NCBI GenBank assembly: GCA_003697085.1
Contig: RFFU01000078.1
Location: forward strand, 3,152 to 67,151
Direction of reading: 5' to 3'
DNA from: Candidatus Hydrogenedentota bacterium
Lineage (GTDB): Bacteria > UBA8481 > J006
Length of the DNA: 64,000 nucleotides
The translations under genes were made by a program, and so were the position numbers. Under the pieces are notes generated by a model. The model was not told the DNA's origin. It worked only from the letters and a program-made list of their open reading frames with translations, and ran no database searches. The first letter of the stretch is position 1, and the number at the start of each line of letters is the position of its first letter. Positions 9,073 to 17,561 of the stretch are shown here, piece after piece.

Positions 9073-9862
9073 GCGTATGAGGAATTCCTTCTTCGTGGTG
9101 GCGGCGATGATGCGGATCGTCCGGCATGATCGGATGGATATGCTCTCTTCTCAAACTGTAGGGTATCTCGAGGCCGTGCCGGGTGAGCAGCGGCCCGTTT
9201 TGCATAATCTCACTCGTGGCTCCGTCCGCTACGATCCTTCCTTCGTCGAGCAGGACTGTTCGCGGACAGAGTTCAAGGACGAGTTCAAGATCGTGTGTGG
9301 CAACGATAAGTGTTTCCTTTCGTGAACGGAGGAACTCGATGATTCTCCTTCGTGCCCGAGGATCCAATCCGCTCGACGGCTCGTCCAACAAGAGGAACCG
9401 CGGGGCCGTCACGAGTGCGCCGGCAAGAGCCACGAGCCGTTTTTCCCCTCCCGAAAGACGCGCCGGATGCCGGTGCTCCAAGGCTTCAATGCCGATCGTT
9501 CTCAGCATCTCGCGGGCCTTCCGCTGCGCCCTTTCCTCTTCGCATCGCTCAATCCGTAACCCAAACGCTACGTCGTCCAGAACCCGAGGAAAGATCACTT
9601 GATCATCCGGATCCTGGAAAAGCACGGAAAAACGGGAATCGACCGCCGTCCCCTCACGAGAACTCTCCCCGACGAAAATTCTTCCTCGGATCGGCTGGTA
9701 CAGCCCCGCGAGCACCAGAAGCAAAGTGGTCTTTCCCGCTCCGTTCGGTCCAACAACCCCTACTCGACTCCCTTTCGCCACGGAGAGGGTTATTTCATGG
9801 AGCGCCCGCGTGCCGTCGGGATAGGAGTAATCGACCGCTTCGAGCAACACCGCCGCTGTCAT
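9062..9862 (-). CDS. cbiO: ECF/cobalt-nickel transporter ATPase with a His-rich C-terminal tail
   Basis: Motifs seen: GPNGAGKTTLL, LSGGEKRLVALAGAL and LLLDEPSSGLD. The ATG at 9862 overlaps the cbiQ stop (ATGA). The tail is ...EHIHPIMPDDPHHRRHHEEGIPHTHGA. Confidence 0.85.
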   Translation of the reverse strand: MTAAVLLEAVDYSYPDGTRALHEITLSVAKGSRVGVVGPNGAGKTTLLLVLAGLYQPIRGRIFVGESSREGTAVDSRFSVLFQDPDDQVIFPRVLDDVAFGLRIERCEEERAQRKAREMLRTIGIEALEHRHPARLSGGEKRLVALAGALVTAPRFLLLDEPSSGLDPRARRRIIEFLRSRKETLIVATHDLELVLELCPRTVLLDEGRIVADGATSEIMQNGPLLTRHGLEIPYSLRREHIHPIMPDDPHHRRHHEEGIPHTHGA

Positions 9863-10647
9863 CCGAATCCGCCGCTGAAAAACGGATGGCTCTTCGGAAA
9901 GCAGGAAAGAAACCTCAAAATTCCAAAAAGACTCAACCAACCCGCACTATAAACACCCTCCCGGATTCCAAACCGATGACCTTGGGGAAGAGGAATTCTC
10001 CCCTTGAACCCCCGCGCCGCCATTCCCAGATAAAGACGCCGTGACCGCTCGAGAGAACGAACCAGAAGGGACCCCAAGAGCGCGGCGGCGGGAACCGGAG
10101 GGGGACCGCGGCGGGAACGCGAACGGATTCGAAAGGCACGAAGCATCCCGGCGGCTTCTTCCTGTAACACAGCGATATAACGATGAAGGATCAGAACCTG
10201 AAGCACGAGCGGATCGGGGACGTGCAGCCGCCTCAAGGCCACGCAGAGATCAGGGAAAGGAACCGGAGCCGCCAGCGCCACTGCCGCCAGAACAGCCAAA
10301 CTTCCGCGCACCAGAAGCGAAAGCCCCGTGGCCGCTCCTACGCTTATGGAAGTTTTCCCAAAGAACCGCAAACTTTGAGAATCGAGGAAGAAGTTCGGTA
10401 TCGCCACGGCAAGGAGAAAAGGAGCGGAGGTGAGAAACCATCGAGCCATCGTTCGAAGAGGAACCTTCTCGACGATAAGAGTTCCGAGCGGAAATATCGT
10501 CCAGGGAAGGAAATCCAAAACCGCAGTTCGCGGATAGGAGGCCAGGAAGACCAGATAAATTCCCGTCACGACCACGCGAACCTCGAGACTCGGACGCCTC
10601 CGCTCTTCTCCTCCAAGGTCCGCTGAACTCGTGACGTCTTTTCTCAC
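9859..10647 (-). CDS. cbiQ: ECF transporter transmembrane (T) component
   Basis: A polytopic protein between cbiM and cbiO. The GTG at 10647 overlaps the cbiM stop as GTGA. Confidence 0.8.
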   Translation of the reverse strand: MRKDVTSSADLGGEERRRPSLEVRVVVTGIYLVFLASYPRTAVLDFLPWTIFPLGTLIVEKVPLRTMARWFLTSAPFLLAVAIPNFFLDSQSLRFFGKTSISVGAATGLSLLVRGSLAVLAAVALAAPVPFPDLCVALRRLHVPDPLVLQVLILHRYIAVLQEEAAGMLRAFRIRSRSRRGPPPVPAAALLGSLLVRSLERSRRLYLGMAARGFKGRIPLPQGHRFGIREGVYSAGWLSLFGILRFLSCFPKSHPFFSGGFG

Positions 10648-11714
10648 CCGCGACCATCCCGCCGCTTTCGCCGATTCCGGCGGGCGCTCAACCAAATTAC
10701 ACCGCCGCCCCAAACAGCGGAACCGATCAGAGTTATCACCACCCCGGCCCCTCCGGCCAGCGCACGTTCAGCACTCTCCTCCCATTCGATTCCGGAAATC
10801 CGGTAGTTTTCAAAAGGAGCGGGAACGGCCCTTCCGTTTCCTTCCGTCGTCGCATCTCGATATCCGATCCCGTTTCGAAAATATTCGAGACTCCAATTCA
10901 AACCATCGGGCGCCTGCGACGCAAAGGCGGAAACCACGAGCGCTGTCACCAGCGCCGCCGTGCCAAAAAATGTCCACACCGTCCTTCTTCCCCCGCAAGA
11001 GCCTTCCACCAATTTAAGCGCGGGAACGATCGACTCCCTCCCTAGAAAACGCAAAATCAACACCGTGATCCCTCCCTCGAAAAGCCCGATCGGAATGTGA
11101 ACAAGGAGCATCAGAAAGAAGAACTTCCCCGAAGGAAGAAGCGTCTTCCCGGAAAGCAGTATCTCGGCGACGACGAGGGCCGCTCCGAGAACGATACTGA
11201 GAAAGGCGCCGAAAAAAACCGCCACGGTCGTAAGAGACCTTCCCGGGTACAAAAGCCCCCCCGTCTCTTTTCGAAACTCTCTTTCTTCCTCCCGAAACTC
11301 CTTCCTCCCGCTTGCATGCCCGCGGCCCGCGAAAAAGGCAACCAATGGGAAAATTCCGTAGCACGGCAAGACTCCCATATTGAAGATATTCGCCCCCAAC
11401 GCCAGTAAACCTCCGTCCCCAAAAAGGAAGGCTTGGATGAGAAGAACCGAAGTGACGGCCAAAAGCGCCGCGTCCGGTCCCAAGAGAATCGCAAGAAGCA
11501 TTCCCCCCACGAGATGCCCCGAAGCACCGGTTCCTGGAATGGCGACGTTGACCATTTGCGCGGCGAAGACGAAGGCCGCAAGGATTCCCATACGGGGCAC
11601 CGTTTCCGCATCCGCGGCGGCTACGCGGCGAGAAGCGTAGCCGACGGCCAGAGCGGAGATACCCAACATCCCTCCGCCGACACGAGCCGAAAGTAACGCG
11701 TCGCTGATATGCAT
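10644..11714 (-). CDS. cbiM: CbiM/NikM-type substrate-capture component fused to a PDGLE (CbiN-like) domain
   Basis: I chose the internal start MHISDALL (the CbiM hallmark N-terminus) at 11714, preceded by AAGGAGGA. Also seen: SGHLVGGMLLAILLGP, and a C-terminal QAPDGLNWSLE followed by a final TM helix. Confidence 0.85.
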   Translation of the reverse strand: MHISDALLSARVGGGMLGISALAVGYASRRVAAADAETVPRMGILAAFVFAAQMVNVAIPGTGASGHLVGGMLLAILLGPDAALLAVTSVLLIQAFLFGDGGLLALGANIFNMGVLPCYGIFPLVAFFAGRGHASGRKEFREEEREFRKETGGLLYPGRSLTTVAVFFGAFLSIVLGAALVVAEILLSGKTLLPSGKFFFLMLLVHIPIGLFEGGITVLILRFLGRESIVPALKLVEGSCGGRRTVWTFFGTAALVTALVVSAFASQAPDGLNWSLEYFRNGIGYRDATTEGNGRAVPAPFENYRISGIEWEESAERALAGGAGVVITLIGSAVWGGGVIWLSARRNRRKRRDGRG

Positions 11715-11993
11715 CTTCGCAATTCCTCCTTGAAGCATCAGCATATCGTCGCCGTTCCCTCTTGCAAGTCGGGAGTGGGTGCATGGCAACACGTAAAAGA
11801 AAGGACGGAAAAGAATGATAGGCAACGGGAAAAGAAGACTGCTTCGCCGTTTCTTTTGACACGGCACGAATATTGCTCCCCGTACCGTTGCTCTTGAAAA
11901 TCTCGCGGAAAGACTGGTAAAGTCGCGATGATAACGAAATCGCCGCGTCGAAGACGAAAGCGTCGTCGAATCAAAAAGGAGGAAATTGATTCA

Positions 11994-12974
11994 GTGAAAA
12001 AAATTTCTTTTTCATCTCTCGGACATTTTTTCGTTCTCTTGTTCGTTTTTTCCCTTCCGGCGGCCGCGGGGGCCGCGAAAGCGACATCCCACCCTTTTCG
12101 CTCCAAGATGGCGTCCGACACGCCGGGAAAGTCCTATCCCGACGGACACGGAGGGACCGTCTTCTTCCCGCTCGGTGACCTCTCCTTCGCCGATGAAGTC
12201 GTCGATTTCCTTCCGGGGGATCCTCCCCCTCCCTCGTATGTCGCCGCTCCTGAATTGGCCTTAGGAATTCCTGATTACGTTGAGGACACACGCTATGTCA
12301 CGCTCGGGTGTCGAGGAACCCTGACGGTACGTTTCACCGACAACGTCTTGATCGATGTTCCCGGACCGGACCTGTATGTTTTCGAGATCGGGCCGGCCGT
12401 CGAACCGACCGAACTTCAAATCTCTCCGGATGGAAAACGTTGGACGAAGATCGGAACCATCAGCGGCGGCAGAGCGGAAGTGGATCTCGAGGGAAAAGTT
12501 CGGCCGGGAGAGGTCTTCCACTACGTTCGACTCACCGACCTCGCAACGGGGTGTGACGGAGACTGGCCGGGAGCGGACATCGACGCGATTGGAGCGATCG
12601 GTTCCGCCTACCAGTTCACGTTGAGCGATTCCGTCCTTTTCGATTTCGACAAGGCGGTACTCAAGCCCGAGGCGATGGCCGCTCTGGAAAAAGTCGCCGA
12701 TCTTTTTCAAAAGGTTCACGGCGGCAGAATCATCGTTTCCGGCCACACCGACAGCGTGGGAGACGATCGTTACAACTGGGAGCTCTCCGGAAAACGCGCG
12801 AAGGAAGTAAAACGTTTTCTGAAGAGTCTCAAGCCCTTGCGCGGGGTTCCGATCGAAGCGATCGGATACGGAGAATCGAGGCCCCGCGCCTCGAACGACA
12901 CCGCCGAGGGACGTGCCGCCAACCGCCGCGTCGAAATCGTCGTCGTTCCGAAAGCACAACCGAATTCGAATTGA
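11994..12974 (+). CDS. OmpA-family protein with an unassigned N-terminal beta-rich domain
   Basis: A GTG at 11994 follows AAGGAGG and gives the signal peptide MKKISFSSLGHFFVLLFVFSLPAAAGAAKA. The C-terminal OmpA domain shows FDFDKAVLKPEA, SGHTDSVGDDRYNWELSGKRA and NRRVEIVV. Confidence 0.85.
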   Translation: MKKISFSSLGHFFVLLFVFSLPAAAGAAKATSHPFRSKMASDTPGKSYPDGHGGTVFFPLGDLSFADEVVDFLPGDPPPPSYVAAPELALGIPDYVEDTRYVTLGCRGTLTVRFTDNVLIDVPGPDLYVFEIGPAVEPTELQISPDGKRWTKIGTISGGRAEVDLEGKVRPGEVFHYVRLTDLATGCDGDWPGADIDAIGAIGSAYQFTLSDSVLFDFDKAVLKPEAMAALEKVADLFQKVHGGRIIVSGHTDSVGDDRYNWELSGKRAKEVKRFLKSLKPLRGVPIEAIGYGESRPRASNDTAEGRAANRRVEIVVVPKAQPNSN

Positions 12975-13194
12975 CATACGTCATCCCCCGCGGACACATT
13001 CCTTCCCACAACGCCAATTTTTCCAAGCACGCCCTGGTCTCATTCTCTTTTCGAGCCCGAAAACGCATTATTCTCTGATAACCATTCTTGATAATCCCGT
13101 TCCCCGGTGACGGTCCTCGAGAATCCCCTTTGATCGGTGTCCCGATCAACAAACGACCAGAAACGTTACAGTCCTTCTTTCGAAAATGTGTTCG

Positions 13195-13557
13195 TTATAA
13201 GAAGAGAATCTCCTCTCCTCGGAGAATTCCACATACAACTCTCCGGCCGAATTTCAACGAAATCCTGCCATGCTGAAGCAAAAAACGCCCCCGTTCCACG
13301 ACCGTCACCGTTCCGCGGCCGCGAGAGAGAGGCCCGGAATAGGTAAGATAGATTCGGCGGTGAGGAAACGAAATTCTTGCGATATCGGATGGTTCCGGCG
13401 GCCAACGTTCGAGGCGGAAAGCGCGCAACTTGCCTTTCCGCGACGTTTCTAGGAAGAGATCGAAGTGTGACGAATGTTTCTTGAGATGCCGGCTGACCGT
13501 GAAACGCCCATGCTTTCCGGAAAAGCGACGTTGAAAAAACGCCGGACGAAAAAACAT
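13195..13557 (-). CDS. Small stand-alone LigD 3'-phosphoesterase-like (LigD_N-type) protein
   Basis: From ORF 13195..13659, trimmed to the ATG at 13557 just downstream of the ruvB stop. RFTVSRHLKKHSSHFDLFLE...RAFRLERWPP...FPHRRIYLTYSGPL..GRGTVTVVERGRF resembles the LigD_N pattern (HyDlRLE ... DHrl.Y..feG ... G.V.vwD.G). Confidence 0.5.
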   Translation of the reverse strand: MFFRPAFFQRRFSGKHGRFTVSRHLKKHSSHFDLFLETSRKGKLRAFRLERWPPEPSDIARISFPHRRIYLTYSGPLSRGRGTVTVVERGRFLLQHGRISLKFGRRVVCGILRGEEILFL

Positions 13558-13582
13558 CACGAACTCGGTGGACCAGGAAATA

Positions 13583-14605
13583 TCAGTCGAAGAGGCCCGG
13601 CGGTCGCGAATCCTCGATCCCGAGGTATTCGTAGGCCCTGGGGGTCGCCATCCGCCCACGGGTCGTTCGCTTCAGGAGTCCGATCTGAATGAGATAAGGT
13701 TCGTATACCTCCTCGATCGTCCCGGGATCCTCGGAGACCGATACGGCCAGGGACGTGACCCCGACGGGACCTCCGCCGAATTTCTCCACGACGGCGCGCA
13801 GGATGCGTCGGTCCATCGCGTCGAGCCCCCATTCATCAACCTCGAGCATCTCGAGCGTCCCCCGCGCGGCTTCCCGCGTCAATCGTCCATCTCCCTTGAC
13901 TTGAGCGTAGTCACGAACCCGGCGCAGAAGGCGATTGGCGACCCGCGGCGTCCCCCGGCTCCGGTGCGCCAGCTCCTCGATCCCTTCCGAGGTTTCGGGG
14001 ACCCCGAGCAGGCGCGCAGCGCGCGCCACGATCTCCTTCATCTCCTCTTCCGAATAGTGATCGAGCCGGTGGGTGATCCCGAAGCGGGCGCGCATTGGAG
14101 ACGAGATGAGTCCCGAGCGGGTGGTTGCGCCGATCAGAGTGAAAGGAGGCAGTGTCAACTTGATACTCCGTGCCGCCGGTCCCTTTCCCAGGATGATATC
14201 GATCGCGTAATCCTCCATCGCCGTGTAGAGAATCTCCTCGACCGTTCGCGGCAAGCGATGAATCTCGTCGATGAAAAGAACGTCGCCGTTTTGGAGCTGG
14301 GTCAGGATTCCGGCGATGTCCCCCGGTTTCTCGATCGCGGCGCCGGATGTAGAGTGAAATCCGACTCCGAGTTCGCGCGCGATAATGGCCGCCAGCGTCG
14401 TCTTTCCCAGGCCCGGCGGGCCGGAGAGTAGAACGTGATCCAACGCCCCGCCGTCGGCGCGTTTCTTGACCGCGGTGATCGCCAGACGCAGATTCTCAAC
14501 CGCGCGCTTCTGCCCTATGAACTCGTCGAAAGAAGTCGGCCGAAGCGTGACATCGAAACCGGCGTCTTCCTGCATCTGCTCACCCGCAACAATACGTTCC
14601 GTCAT
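13583..14605 (-). CDS. ruvB: Holliday junction branch-migration helicase RuvB
   Basis: Motifs seen: [21 protein letters not shown] and [16 protein letters not shown]. The ATG at 14605 overlaps the pepA stop (ATGA). Confidence 0.95.
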   Translation of the reverse strand: MTERIVAGEQMQEDAGFDVTLRPTSFDEFIGQKRAVENLRLAITAVKKRADGGALDHVLLSGPPGLGKTTLAAIIARELGVGFHSTSGAAIEKPGDIAGILTQLQNGDVLFIDEIHRLPRTVEEILYTAMEDYAIDIILGKGPAARSIKLTLPPFTLIGATTRSGLISSPMRARFGITHRLDHYSEEEMKEIVARAARLLGVPETSEGIEELAHRSRGTPRVANRLLRRVRDYAQVKGDGRLTREAARGTLEMLEVDEWGLDAMDRRILRAVVEKFGGGPVGVTSLAVSVSEDPGTIEEVYEPYLIQIGLLKRTTRGRMATPRAYEYLGIEDSRPPGLFD

Positions 14606-16077
14606 CTTTTCCACCGGGACGAGGTCTTTCGCAGTCGGCCGGGCGAGAGCTCCTCCAGAAACCGCAACGTCGTCATCAAACCGAAGCCGGTCGCCCCCCG
14701 CGGCCAACCGCACGCTCCCTTCTCCAGAAATGCCGGACCGGCGATATCGAGGTGGATCCAGGGAACGGACCCGACGAATTTTTCAAGAAACGCGGCCGCG
14801 GTCGAGGCTCCACCATACCTCCCTCCCGTGTTCTTAATGCGGCCTTCCTCACCCTTGATCGCCTCATCGTAACAACGCCCCAAAGGCAGAGCCCAGAACG
14901 CCTCCCCGGAACATTCCGAATGCGAAAGGAATTCCTCGGCCAACCTCCGGGATCGCGTGAAAAACCCCCCTGTAGTTTCCCCCAAAGCCACCATACACGC
15001 CCCCGTCAAGGTCGCCGCGTCGAGGATCAGATCGGGTTTTCGTTCGAGAGCGAGATCGAGGAGATCACCGAGGAGAATCCTGCCCTCCGCGTCCGTGTTG
15101 AGTACCTCGACCCGCTTCCCGGACCGCATTGTGATGACGTCTCCCGGCTTGTAGGCTTTTCCCGAAGGCAGATTCTCGGCAAAGCCGAGAAAGCAGAACA
15201 TCTCCCAGGGGAGCCCGGCTTCGACGGAGGCGCCGAACACCGCCGCCATCAGGGCCGCTCCCGCCATGTCGCACTTCATCGTCTTCATCCCCTCGGCGGT
15301 CTTGACATTCAAGCCTCCCGAGTCGAAGGTGACCCCCTTTCCGACAAGCGCGATTCTTCCTCGGGACTTCGGTGGGGTATAGTGAGCCGTGAGCACAACG
15401 GGGGGATTATCAGAACCCCCGCCGACCGCAAGAATTCCGCGGCATTTTGACCGTTCCAAATCCCGTCGGCGCCAGAGTCGAGTTCGGACGTGCGGCCGGG
15501 ACAGAACTTTACGCATCCGTTGAGCGAGGGTCAGAGGTGGTTTCCGAGCGGGAATCGTGTTGACCCAATCGCGGATGTGATCTTCCCATGTTACAACCGA
15601 ACGGAGGCGGCGCTTCCGTACAGGCGAAAGATTCGGAAGAAGAACTTCAAGATTCCTCCGGCGGTTTTTTGTGGGTGAATAGGAATACGAAGCCGCGGCC
15701 GCGCCGCGGAATGCGGCTTCCTGGAACCCGTCCGGAATTGCGTGAAGTTCGAGAAGAGAGAACCCTTCTCTCTTGGCGAATGCAGCCGCCGCAGAGCCCG
15801 CCTGAAAGACCGCCGCGGCATCCGTGTCGCTTTCCGTCTCGGAAAATCCGAGAAACGGTTTTGAAACACGACAGCCGCAGAGAATTACAGGACATGGTCC
15901 CGTGAAGACGGTCCGAATCGTTCCCGGCGTTGGCTCGAACGTTCCACGTTCCACGGCCCGCTGAAGAAGGAGAGGATCGATTTCCGGAGGGAGGTGAGAT
16001 GTTGAAGGAATCTTCTCGGTTGCCGTAAAAATCGCGATAAGCCGTTTTGGATTTCCCTTTCTTAACTTCATCTTCAT
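14602..16077 (-). CDS. pepA: M17 leucyl aminopeptidase
   Basis: Motifs seen: [15 protein letters not shown] and [12 protein letters not shown]. The start overlaps the ruvA stop (ATGA). Confidence 0.9.
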   Translation of the reverse strand: MKMKLRKGNPKRLIAIFTATEKIPSTSHLPPEIDPLLLQRAVERGTFEPTPGTIRTVFTGPCPVILCGCRVSKPFLGFSETESDTDAAAVFQAGSAAAAFAKREGFSLLELHAIPDGFQEAAFRGAAAASYSYSPTKNRRRNLEVLLPNLSPVRKRRLRSVVTWEDHIRDWVNTIPARKPPLTLAQRMRKVLSRPHVRTRLWRRRDLERSKCRGILAVGGGSDNPPVVLTAHYTPPKSRGRIALVGKGVTFDSGGLNVKTAEGMKTMKCDMAGAALMAAVFGASVEAGLPWEMFCFLGFAENLPSGKAYKPGDVITMRSGKRVEVLNTDAEGRILLGDLLDLALERKPDLILDAATLTGACMVALGETTGGFFTRSRRLAEEFLSHSECSGEAFWALPLGRCYDEAIKGEEGRIKNTGGRYGGASTAAAFLEKFVGSVPWIHLDIAGPAFLEKGACGWPRGATGFGLMTTLRFLEELSPGRLRKTSSRWKR

Positions 16078-16640
16078 ACTCCTGTTTGCAGGGCGGCCCT
16101 GAGCAGATCTTCTACTTCCGCCTTCCCGCCTAATTTCTTCCGCGCCGTCCGAGCGCGGCGTTCCGCATCCATCTCGGAAAAGCCCAACTCCAAAAGCGCC
16201 AGCACAACATCGTCGCGAATTTCTTTCCTCTTTCCGACTTTGTCGAGCGCAATTTTTCCACGCAATTCCAAAAGCAGCTGCTGCGCCGTCTTTTTTCCGA
16301 TCCCGGGAATCGCGGTCAACGCCGCGACGTCCTCCGCCTCGAGAACAGCCTGCAAGCCATCGACTCCGAGCGTGCCGATCACGGCTTGGGCCGCCTTCGC
16401 GGGAAGACCGCGGACCTTTTGAAGCGTCTCAAAAAGTTCCAACTCGGCGCGAGTGCGAAAGCCGAAGAGGTCCAGCGCGTCTTCCCGAACACGTTGAAAT
16501 GTCCAGTATTCGGCATGAGAACCGGGGGAAGGAGGCGAGAGCGTCGTAGAGACCCGGACGAGATAACCGACCCCGCCGCAGGAGACAACGACTTCCCCCG
16601 GTGCCGAGTGAAGAACCGTTCCGGAGAGATGCCGTATCAT
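16074..16640 (-). CDS. ruvA: Holliday junction DNA-binding protein RuvA
   Basis: From ORF 16074..16886, trimmed to MIRHLSGTVLHSAPGEVVVSCGGVGYLVRVS. An HhH motif, IPGIGKKTAQQLLLEL, is present. Confidence 0.9.
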   Translation of the reverse strand: MIRHLSGTVLHSAPGEVVVSCGGVGYLVRVSTTLSPPSPGSHAEYWTFQRVREDALDLFGFRTRAELELFETLQKVRGLPAKAAQAVIGTLGVDGLQAVLEAEDVAALTAIPGIGKKTAQQLLLELRGKIALDKVGKRKEIRDDVVLALLELGFSEMDAERRARTARKKLGGKAEVEDLLRAALQTGV

Positions 16641-16848
16641 GATCCGGTTCGCCTCGAAGAGGAAAACAGGGAGGCGGGAGGCAACCATTCCGCGCATCGG
16701 AACGAAGAACCGACACCGGCGAAAAGGAGCCAGATTCTTTCTCTTATCCGGCCGCTCGCGGCGGAACCGCAAGGCGAGAACCTCGCCCCCGCAAGAAAAC
16801 ATCCCTCGGGCGGACACCGCAACAAGAATGGAACAAAGGAAAACGGAT

Positions 16849-17532
16849 TCATAATCTTTTCTTCTCTTTTCCCTCCAGGAAACCAACGGCCTCGGGAATC
16901 TCGAAGACCGATTCTACCACGCAATCGGCCTCTCGCAACTCGCTCTCGTTCGCTGAAGAATAACCGTAGGCACAGCCGATCCAGAAAATGCCCGCCTCCC
17001 GCGCCGCCTCCCCATCCGAGGAACGATCTCCCACGAGAACCGCTTCCCCGGCAGACGAAAAGCTCTTCACGAGGCCGTTCTTGCCCAGATCCGGATATTC
17101 TTCGTTGCAGGCCATTTCCTCGAAAAAGGAACGGAGGTCGTATGTATCAAGGACGGCATCGAGATAAGAGCGGCGGCAATTGGAGACCAGATAGAGTCGG
17201 CGGCCCTCGCCGCGAAGTCGTTTCAACATTTCCGGGACTCCGGAAAAGAGGTCGCCTTCCCGATTCCGAATCCTCCGGCAGATGTGCCTGAGAATCCGCC
17301 TTCCCAGTTCGGCGCGACGGGCCTCGGGAAGTTCCCCGAAAAAATGCTTCATGATCTCGTTCGCGGGGCGACCCACCTCGCGCAGAATCTCGGCTCGCGT
17401 CGGACACCGGTAGGTTTCCCCCGATTCCGTACCGAACTCCTCAATGCCGTCACGATAAGCCGGCTCGAGAAGATTTTCAGAGGAGAAGAGCGTACCATCG
17501 AGATCGAAGAGAACGCGTGCGATTTTCGGCAT
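16849..17532 (-). CDS. HAD-family hydrolase (phosphoglycolate-phosphatase-like)
   Basis: From ORF 16849..17832, trimmed to MPKIARVLFDLDGTLF. Also seen: LVGDRSSDGEAAREAG. Confidence 0.8.
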   Translation of the reverse strand: MPKIARVLFDLDGTLFSSENLLEPAYRDGIEEFGTESGETYRCPTRAEILREVGRPANEIMKHFFGELPEARRAELGRRILRHICRRIRNREGDLFSGVPEMLKRLRGEGRRLYLVSNCRRSYLDAVLDTYDLRSFFEEMACNEEYPDLGKNGLVKSFSSAGEAVLVGDRSSDGEAAREAGIFWIGCAYGYSSANESELREADCVVESVFEIPEAVGFLEGKEKKRL

Positions 17533-17561
17533 CGGGAACCGTTTCGGCCGTCCGAGGCGGC

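Noticed and set aside
16641-16886. N-terminal extensions of track ORFs, such as ruvA from 16886, HAD from 17832, ruvB from 14713, cbiM from 11867 and GT-C from 59364
   Set aside because: Canonical protein N-termini (MIRHLSG, MPKIARVLFDLDG, MTERIV..., MHISDALL) begin at internal starts. These starts coincide with 1- or 4-nt overlaps with the upstream stop, or avoid clashing with a credible divergent gene.
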